From the IMG/VR virus record IMGVR_UViG_3300045996_002640, positions 1 through 64,000 of that record: a DNA stretch of 64,000 nucleotides. The stretch is one strand, 5' to 3'. Below the pieces are notes generated by a model, which was given only the letters and a program-made list of their open reading frames with translations, had not been told where the DNA came from and searched no databases. Positions 53,726 through 60,446 of the stretch are shown in pieces. Made by a program: the position numbers and the translations under genes. Numbering within the stretch: the first letter of the stretch is position 1; each line of letters opens with the position of its first letter. This DNA is from a virus.

Positions 53726-54050
53726 CGATCGACTGCACCTGAAAACCCCACTGCTCGAAGCGCGTCTGCAGCGCGCGCTCCAAGAAACGGTTCTTCTTCT
53801 GGGCCTCGATCATGCGCGCGTTCATTCGCCCGAGCTCGACCCAGAGCCCGACCAAACCCATCGGCCACGCGAACACCGCGAAGACCATCATCAGGCTTTC
53901 GGCAAGCGCCTCGTTCCAGCCCCTCGGGTAACCCATCTCGCCCGGCCGATTCTCGATCGCAGCGCTCGCTGCGTACATGGCGGTAACGACGCCGGCGCCG
54001 AAGAGCAGGTAGCCCCCGGCGATTGCCGTCAGGATCTCGCGGTCTGTCAT
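53601..54050 (-). CDS. membrane protein
   Basis: Two TM segments; GGCATCAT-N6-ATG start. Confidence 0.6.
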   Translation of the reverse strand: MTDREILTAIAGGYLLFGAGVVTAMYAASAAIENRPGEMGYPRGWNEALAESLMMVFAVFAWPMGLVGLWVELGRMNARMIEAQKKNRFLERALQTRFEQWGFQVQSIDVARHSPVDGHDSKSEPAHSRRDGGGAEGSGEEQGPGPGPA

Positions 54051-54054
54051 GCGG

Positions 54055-54444
54055 CTATGATGCCGCGCCGAAGTACCGATCGATCAGGTCATCTTCAGGA
54101 AGCCGGCGCGCAGCGCGAGACCGAGCCTTGCGGTTCTGCTTCCAGCGCTTTCGCTTCCTGGCTTTCTTGGACCGCCTCGCGACCGCCGCGAGCGATCGCT
54201 GCTCCATCGGTCGGAACCACGAGAACACGAGCAGCGCGCCCTTGATGCGATTGCACTCGGCGCACGCTGGAACGAGGTTGTAGGCGTCGCCGCCTCCGCC
54301 CCCTCGGCTCCTCGGAATCACGTGGTCACGAGTCGTCGCTTCAGCCCTCAGGCAATACGAGCAGCGCGCGCCGTTCAGGCGCACGTCTCGGTTGGCAACG
54401 TCGACCGAGCGCCACCGAAACTCGCTCAGCCCGAGCGGTCTCAC
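54055..54444 (-). CDS. HNH endonuclease
   Basis: CSYC..TRDHVIPRSRGG..NLVPACAECNRIKG; GTGA-coupled start. Confidence 0.9.
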   Translation of the reverse strand: MRPLGLSEFRWRSVDVANRDVRLNGARCSYCLRAEATTRDHVIPRSRGGGGGDAYNLVPACAECNRIKGALLVFSWFRPMEQRSLAAVARRSKKARKRKRWKQNRKARSRAARRLPEDDLIDRYFGAAS

Positions 54445-54926
54445 GGCAGGTCCATGCGGTCCAGTTGGGCGCCCAACTCGTCGAGCAAGCCGTCCGGGAT
54501 CGGCTCGGGCGGCGCCTTCCGCGGGATCGACAACTCGGCGATGATGATCCGCTCCAGCACGACCGGCTCGCCGGTGATGACCGCGGCTGCCGTCTGGCGC
54601 GTGAACTTGATCGAGTCGCCGAGGTCGATCCCGAGCCCGGGGATTCCGCACCGGCTAAGCTCGTCAATGATCCGGCTCCGCATCTGAGGCGTCAGGTTCG
54701 GAAGCAAGACCTCGGGGTAGCACGGCTCGTTCGACCGCCAGGTGAGCGTCCAGCCCGGGTAGCCCGTGCGCTGCATCGCCTTGGTGACCGCCTGAGTGAT
54801 CTCGTACTGGGTGTCCCCATCGGAGCGCTGCGGCCCGAGCCCGAGCGCGCGCCGAATGTCGTCGAGCGGGTTCCCTGGTTTCGTATTCCAGCCGATCACC
54901 TCTTCCGCGAACCTCGGCAACGTCAT
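54441..54926 (-). CDS. hypothetical protein with C-terminal tag (ELGAQLDRMDLP)
   Basis: Coupled ORF. Confidence 0.75.
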   Translation of the reverse strand: MTLPRFAEEVIGWNTKPGNPLDDIRRALGLGPQRSDGDTQYEITQAVTKAMQRTGYPGWTLTWRSNEPCYPEVLLPNLTPQMRSRIIDELSRCGIPGLGIDLGDSIKFTRQTAAAVITGEPVVLERIIIAELSIPRKAPPEPIPDGLLDELGAQLDRMDLP

Positions 54927-55486
54927 CGCTTCGCGAGCTCCTCGAGGAACAACCGAGCGACCGCGCCGAGCAGCGAAGGCTTGGCCTTGACCTGCTGAGC
55001 AGTGAGCCCGCTCACTTCGGCAAGCTTCGCAGCGAACACGTGGTCACCCTGCACCGCTTGCTGCAGCAGCGCGCGCGACGCGTTCTCGAGAACCTCGGCC
55101 GCTTGCTTCGGGAACGCGAGCGGGTGATCTTTCACCTGGACGAGCGCGTTCGCCATGTCCGCCCACGAGAGCACCAACTTCGGTTCGACCGGGGGCTCGT
55201 CTTTCTCGCTCGCAAGCGTCGCCATCAACGCCGCCTTGGTCTGCTCGGCGTTCGACGCCGCCTTGCTCGCCGCCTGGTCAAGAAGCGCCGCGAGCTGCGG
55301 TGCCGACTGGTCCGCCTTCATCTGACCGGCGAGGTCGGTCATCACCTGGGCCGCTTGGCGCTGAGCCTTGGCGATCCCGAGCGCCTCACCAGCGCGGTAG
55401 AGCGCGAGCTCGCGCGGGCTCATGACCAGGGTCTCGGCTCCCTCAGGGATCTGGAATTGGGCGGCGTTCGGCTTCGGGGTCGTCAT
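54923..55486 (-). CDS. helical hypothetical protein
   Basis: Start MTTPKPN at 55486. Confidence 0.7.
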   Translation of the reverse strand: MTTPKPNAAQFQIPEGAETLVMSPRELALYRAGEALGIAKAQRQAAQVMTDLAGQMKADQSAPQLAALLDQAASKAASNAEQTKAALMATLASEKDEPPVEPKLVLSWADMANALVQVKDHPLAFPKQAAEVLENASRALLQQAVQGDHVFAAKLAEVSGLTAQQVKAKPSLLGAVARLFLEELAKR

Positions 55487-55494
55487 GCCCCCCA

Positions 55495-55989
55495 TCATGC
55501 CAGACGGAAGACCCGCCCTTCGAGCATCCCGAGCCCCCGAGCGACCAGGCCCTTGGCGTACTCGAGCTCGAACCGCTCGATCGGGGTTGCCCCGCCGTGG
55601 GCCCTGGCTCGCCCTACAATCGCTTTCTGCTTTTGGGATAGCCAGCGCTCCGCCGGAGGCCTCGCCGGCGCGGGGCGCCTCGGCCTGGTCGGTCTGGGAG
55701 CGGGTTGCGCCGGTACCGCCCGAAGGCCGTGCGCGTTCCACCGATGGGCGCCCAACGCGCTCTTCGTCGCGAAGCTCGAGCCGCACGCGCAACGGTAATC
55801 GGTGGGGAGCGGGGCCGGCTGGTTCCCCTTCCAATCGCTAGCAGCGACCTCGGGCTCGAGATGAACCGTCGCCCCGCCAGGCGCACGCGTCAGCGTCAGC
55901 ACCTCAGTCCATCCGCGTCGGGCGTCGCCCTTGGTCTGCGCCTCAGCAAAGAGCTCCAGGATGTCGAGCCTGAGCGCAGGGTAGTTCAT
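55495..55989 (-). CDS. protein with a C2H2-like zinc finger
   Basis: YRCACGSSFATKSALGAHRWNAH. Confidence 0.65.
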   Translation of the reverse strand: MNYPALRLDILELFAEAQTKGDARRGWTEVLTLTRAPGGATVHLEPEVAASDWKGNQPAPLPTDYRCACGSSFATKSALGAHRWNAHGLRAVPAQPAPRPTRPRRPAPARPPAERWLSQKQKAIVGRARAHGGATPIERFELEYAKGLVARGLGMLEGRVFRLA

Positions 55990-56009
55990 CGGCGAGCGGT
56001 CACCATAAC

Positions 56010-56423
56010 TCAGGGCTGGTCGAGCTTGGCGAGCTCTTCGTCGAGCCGCTCGTAATCCTCGAGGGTGTCCGCTGGTGGGGCTGGGCGAACCGACGCAATC
56101 CCGAACGCCTCGGCAAGCACGCGCATGTGCAGCGGGAGACCAACGACCCCACCCGACACGCGCCAGATCATGTCGCGCACCGCTTCATCGACCGTTTCGA
56201 TCAGCAGGTCGTCCTCGTCCTGCCTGAGCGCATACACGTCCTCGGGCGTGAACGTCGCGAGGTGCTGGTCATCGACCAAGATTCTGACCTTGGTGATCGT
56301 GCCACTCGCGCGCGCCGCACCGTAGAACCCGCCACGCGACTCGTCCCAACGAAGCACCGCAAGCGTCGTCTTGTCGCTCTGGTCCCGAGCCAGCAGGGTG
56401 ACTCGCTCCTTACCCTGAGCCAT
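56010..56423 (-). CDS. hypothetical protein with C-terminal tag (RLDEELAKLDQP)
   Basis: TGATG-coupled start at 56423. Confidence 0.75.
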   Translation of the reverse strand: MAQGKERVTLLARDQSDKTTLAVLRWDESRGGFYGAARASGTITKVRILVDDQHLATFTPEDVYALRQDEDDLLIETVDEAVRDMIWRVSGGVVGLPLHMRVLAEAFGIASVRPAPPADTLEDYERLDEELAKLDQP

Positions 56424-57001
56424 CAGGGAAGCTCCATCCGGTCGAGCTCGGCGCCAAGCTCGGCGCACCGGCGCTCGCCTTCGACACGCTGCACCTCGCG
56501 CATGCTCGCTCGATCCGCTTCGCTCACCGGAGGCTCGTCCACCAACTTGCTCGCCTCTGAAAACTTCCGTAAGTACTTGGCGAATGGCGAGTCGCCGATC
56601 TCTCGCGGCGGTGTTGGCGTCCCTCGGTACTGAGTGGTGAAGCCCTGACCAGTGCTCGGCGGGTTGAAGCTCGGACGATGCATCGAGTGCATCGAGACGT
56701 ACCGTTCGTAGGCCTCGCAGATATCGGCATCCGACACGCCCGCTTCCTTGAGGCGCTGGACCGCTTCGTTCGCACTCAATCGCTCGAACGCCATCGAGAT
56801 GTCCCGGCGGGAGACAATTGCATCGCGAGTCGCTGTCTCACGCACCCGGCGCTCGAGCTCGGCAAGCTTCGCCATTGCAGCCTGCGTGTCGTCCGAGGAG
56901 CCGAACGCCGCGAGCGCGCGCTTCATGTGCGAGCCCACGGCGTCCAGCTTGCTCGAGTCGATCCCGATACTGAACCGCGGCTTGCCGTCGTCTTTCGCCA
57001 T
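56423..57001 (-). CDS. hypothetical protein with C-terminal tag (ELGAELDRMELP)
   Basis: 192-aa ORF. Confidence 0.75.
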   Translation of the reverse strand: MAKDDGKPRFSIGIDSSKLDAVGSHMKRALAAFGSSDDTQAAMAKLAELERRVRETATRDAIVSRRDISMAFERLSANEAVQRLKEAGVSDADICEAYERYVSMHSMHRPSFNPPSTGQGFTTQYRGTPTPPREIGDSPFAKYLRKFSEASKLVDEPPVSEADRASMREVQRVEGERRCAELGAELDRMELP

Positions 57002-57016
57002 CGCTTCGAGAATGCC

Positions 57017-57475
57017 CTACTCGGTTGGGTTCATCTTCTCGAGCTCGGCGCCGAGCCGGTCGATCTGGTCCGGGTCGGGAACCAGCTTCTTGGCGCGCGC
57101 CGCGAGGATTGCGTTCGACACCAGCATGTTCGCCATCCGGAGCCGCTTGCCGGCGAGCTGCTCGGGCTGAGGCTTGAGCGTGATCACCGCGATGAGCGGG
57201 CCGAGCCCGAAGCCGATGTGGACCATGGTCGGGTCGTTCTTGTCGATATCGACGACGATGTTCTCGCGCACCGACGGGAGCGTCTCGTGCACCGCAAGGA
57301 ACGTCGGCACCCCGGTCTCAATGATCGTACCCTCGATCGCCGCCATCCGCGGCACGTACTCGTCCGCGCCAAACTCGAAGTCGGCAAGCGCGATCGTATT
57401 GCCGAGCGCGCCAGCAGCCTTGTACTCCGCCGGCGTGGGGACCGGACCGCTCTTCACCAGAACCAGGTACTTCAT
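57017..57475 (-). CDS. hypothetical protein with C-terminal tag (RLGAELEKMNPTE)
   Basis: Start MKYLVLV at 57475. Confidence 0.75.
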   Translation of the reverse strand: MKYLVLVKSGPVPTPAEYKAAGALGNTIALADFEFGADEYVPRMAAIEGTIIETGVPTFLAVHETLPSVRENIVVDIDKNDPTMVHIGFGLGPLIAVITLKPQPEQLAGKRLRMANMLVSNAILAARAKKLVPDPDQIDRLGAELEKMNPTE

Positions 57476-57822
57476 TTCGTCGTCTCCTCGAGGGCCGCGA
57501 ACGCGGCGTTCAATCCAGTCATCGCTTCCAGCACTGGGTCGTCCGACTCGCGATAGACCGAGATCTTGATCAGGTGGGACACCAAGACCGGCATCTTGCC
57601 GCGCACGTCCGAGACCAGCGCATGGCAAAGGACCGTGTCCGCGTCATCGGTCACGATGATCTGGAGCTCAGCGAATGCGTCCGGTGCCTGCAGCGCGCGC
57701 GCCGCGACGACCTTGAGCCCGAGCAGCTGAGCGCTCAGCCCAGCCTGCGTGCAGACCGCCTGGCACGCAGCTCGCGCGGCGATGACGTCGGTTGGCGAAA
57801 CGGACACGTCGTTCAATCCCAT
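57472..57822 (-). CDS. hypothetical protein (weak tag GLNAAFAALEE)
   Basis: Coupled ORF. Confidence 0.7.
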   Translation of the reverse strand: MGLNDVSVSPTDVIAARAACQAVCTQAGLSAQLLGLKVVAARALQAPDAFAELQIIVTDDADTVLCHALVSDVRGKMPVLVSHLIKISVYRESDDPVLEAMTGLNAAFAALEETTK

Positions 57823-58535
57823 GGGCGGTCCATCTTCTCGAGTTGGGCGCCCAACTCGTCCAACAAATGAGGGTCGAGGCGCACTCGCTTACTCGGTACC
57901 GGCTTGCTCACCATGCCCTGCAGCGCGCGCGCGACCAGCGCGAACGGGACCTCAACGTTCCCCTCGCCATCGTCGGCCAGGCTGTCTTCGAGGGGCACCG
58001 TACGCGTCGTGCTGCCGAAGCCGCCAGGCGCGCCGCTCTGAATCATCAGGTGCGTCGGGGCAATCGCCGAGATGATGCGCCCTCGCCAGACCGGAAAGTC
58101 CCGGTCGGGACCGGCGCAATAGAAGTTGAACGGCACCGTGATCGGGCGAGGCTTCTCCGTCATGACGCCAGGCGCGGCGAGCTCGACCGTAGTCTTTTCG
58201 ATCGCGACGCCATTGATGGCGCCGGCCGCACGCACGGCCCCGAGCTTTGCAAGCACCCAGTGCAGGTAGACCCGGTGCGTTCCGAAATTCTCGACGTGCG
58301 CACCCGGGTCAAGAGGCGTCGAAAAGAGCACGTCCTTGGCGAGCACCGCGGGCTCGTTCTGTCTCGTCAGGCTGAGCTTACCGAACGTCGCCGAGACTGG
58401 TATTCCCTGTCGCTCTCCGGCGCCGATGTAGTTGCCGGTGCTATCCAGCACCGTGAGCGAGATCGTGCGATTCGCGGAGTCGGTCAAGAAGACGCCGAGC
58501 CCGTCCAGCTCGACCAGGTTCTTAGTCCTGGTCAA
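57813..58535 (-). CDS. hypothetical protein with C-terminal tag (ELGAQLEKMDRP)
   Basis: 240-aa coupled ORF. Confidence 0.75.
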   Translation of the reverse strand: MTRTKNLVELDGLGVFLTDSANRTISLTVLDSTGNYIGAGERQGIPVSATFGKLSLTRQNEPAVLAKDVLFSTPLDPGAHVENFGTHRVYLHWVLAKLGAVRAAGAINGVAIEKTTVELAAPGVMTEKPRPITVPFNFYCAGPDRDFPVWRGRIISAIAPTHLMIQSGAPGGFGSTTRTVPLEDSLADDGEGNVEVPFALVARALQGMVSKPVPSKRVRLDPHLLDELGAQLEKMDRPWD

Positions 58536-59023
58536 AGCAAGACCCCGGTGTCCTTGATCGGGCCGACGACCGTGCCCTCGGCGCGCAAGCGGTAAGCTTG
58601 GCCGAGCTGGTAGTACTCGCGCGGGAAGCCCTCACGCGGCTCGCCATCAAAGCCCTTCTCGAACGCGTTGGTCTGGTCGATCCAGTCGACGATCGAACCG
58701 CCGAGGAGCCGAGTGAACGCGCGCGCCGATTCGTCCGACATCGGGTAGGCGTCGAAAAACATCTTCAGCACCGCCACGTTCGACCGGATCGCCGCCATCC
58801 GGTTCGCCGCCGTCCAGCCCGCGCGCCTGGCCTTCGCCTCGGTGCTGGCCAGGTTCGCCATAAGCGTGACCGCTCCCATCGGGCAGCAGCGGCCGTAGGT
58901 GACCGGCGCGTCCCGCCCGAGATGGGCGCCCATCGCGCCGGCGAGCAAGCAAGCGTCCGCGACCTTGGCGGCGAACCGCCGGAACTTCTCATCGTTGGGC
59001 CAGGCCCGAGCTCGTCGTCCCAT
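58532..59023 (-). CDS. hypothetical protein
   Basis: CCPMGA..AFEKGFDG..YYQLG; GGCATTCT-N6-ATG start. Confidence 0.7.
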   Translation of the reverse strand: MGRRARAWPNDEKFRRFAAKVADACLLAGAMGAHLGRDAPVTYGRCCPMGAVTLMANLASTEAKARRAGWTAANRMAAIRSNVAVLKMFFDAYPMSDESARAFTRLLGGSIVDWIDQTNAFEKGFDGEPREGFPREYYQLGQAYRLRAEGTVVGPIKDTGVLL

Positions 59024-59044
59024 GGCTCGAGAATGCCCCGAACG

Positions 59045-59080
59045 AAAGAAAGCCCCCGAGGACCATCAACCTCGGGGGCC
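59045..59080 (-). terminator. rho-independent terminator
   Basis: GCCCCCGAGG-N8-CCTCGGGGGC followed by TTTCTTT. Confidence 0.8.
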
Positions 59081-59140
59081 TTCCGCGCCTGGCCCGCAAA
59101 CTGTCTCCTGGTTCCTAACACGAACCAGGCGCTGCGGACA

Positions 59141-59599
59141 TCACTCGATCGTCTCGGCCGCGAGCCAGTCGCCCGAGCTCGCGCCGAACGCGACCACCGT
59201 CACCATCTGGCCGGTGCGGTTCTCGTACTCGAGATCGGGCGAGACCATGTCCGAGCTCCCGTCGAGCACCCGGAACGCGAGCTGCTCGCCGCTGGTGAAG
59301 AACCGCGCGCGGCGATTCGGCGGGACGACGAACTTGAAGAACGTCCCGTCTGCGTCGCAAGGCTCAGCGACCGTGACCGCCGTGCTCCAGTTCTGGCCGA
59401 CCACAATCTCGGCCTCGCAGGAGAAGCAGCTGTCGGGAACGTACTCGGGAGCGTCCGAGCATGCACCCGAGCAATCGATCTGAGCGAAGCCGTCCGGGGT
59501 CGCGCAGGCGAGCGGCTCGCCAATCGACCCAGCGAGCTCGCCCGCGACCGAGCACCCAACCAATCCAAGAACCATCGAAACCAGGAGGAGCGTTTTCAT
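59141..59599 (-). CDS. Cys-rich lipoprotein
   Basis: MKTLLLVSMVLGLVGC lipobox. Confidence 0.8.
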   Translation of the reverse strand: MKTLLLVSMVLGLVGCSVAGELAGSIGEPLACATPDGFAQIDCSGACSDAPEYVPDSCFSCEAEIVVGQNWSTAVTVAEPCDADGTFFKFVVPPNRRARFFTSGEQLAFRVLDGSSDMVSPDLEYENRTGQMVTVVAFGASSGDWLAAETIE

Positions 59600-59606
59600 G
59601 TGGTCC

Positions 59607-59652
59607 AGGATGCCCATCTTAGTGCCAAGTGCAACACCTTTTTGGCACTAAG
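59607..59652 (-). promoter_or_regulatory. promoter with two operator half-sites flanking the -35
   Basis: CTTAGTGCCA (59618) / TGGCACTAAG (to 59652); -35 TTGCAC, 16-bp spacer, -10 CATCCT. Confidence 0.7.
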
Positions 59653-60445
59653 CGCCGCCCGGCCCGGCAAGCTCGAGAGAAACGGCATGCGAGGCACAGG
59701 CCCAGATGTAGGCACCGCGCGAGCCGCGCCCGGGGAGCCGAGCTCGGGCGACCCCTGGGCACTTCGGCTTCGTGCAGTAAAAAATCTCGATCCTGCCCTT
59801 ACTGCCGCCGTAGCCGCCGCGCCCGCGCGTCCGGCGGTACCCGATGACCAGGCACTTCGCGCATTGGAAGACGCGGCCCTTGGGCTCGGCGGGGAGCGGG
59901 TAATCGCGCCAGGCGTGGTCGCAATGAGTGTGGTCGGGCTGGGCTGATTCCTCGAGCGCCTCGAGCGCCGGCGAGCCTTTCGATTCTGAAACCTCGGGGC
60001 CGACCTCGGGCGCGTCCTCGAGCGCAACGTGGGCGACCGCCTGAGGCTCGGCTTCACGTTCTTCGGGGGAGACCCCGGAAACCCCGGAGTTGCCCTCGAG
60101 CGGTCCTCGAGCGAGGTCGGCCGACCTTTCTGGGTAATCCACAGCGGACCCCCCGGTATCCAGGCCAGGGCCCTCGAGCGCCCTCGAGCGGTCCTCGTTT
60201 GGGTTGGCCGACCGCAAACGTACGCCCGACGTCGGTTCGCTCCTGAGCTCGTAGTGCACCGGCTCGCGCGGGGTCGCCCGGATGTCCTCGCTCGGGTTCA
60301 CGTTGATGACCGCGCCTTGGATGACCTGGACCTCGGTGGTGCCGTCCTTGCGCCGGCGGACGACCCTGAGCGGGGGGATCAACCCGAGCCCCCGGAGCAA
60401 CGTCGTCTGCTCGCCCTCGTTCAACCGACCAAACGGGATACGCAT
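59648..60445 (-). CDS. hypothetical protein with Cys/His-rich (Zn-binding) C-terminus
   Basis: CDHAW..CAKC..CTKPKC..CASH. Confidence 0.65.
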   Translation of the reverse strand: MRIPFGRLNEGEQTTLLRGLGLIPPLRVVRRRKDGTTEVQVIQGAVINVNPSEDIRATPREPVHYELRSEPTSGVRLRSANPNEDRSRALEGPGLDTGGSAVDYPERSADLARGPLEGNSGVSGVSPEEREAEPQAVAHVALEDAPEVGPEVSESKGSPALEALEESAQPDHTHCDHAWRDYPLPAEPKGRVFQCAKCLVIGYRRTRGRGGYGGSKGRIEIFYCTKPKCPGVARARLPGRGSRGAYIWACASHAVSLELAGPGGA

Positions 60446-60446
60446 C

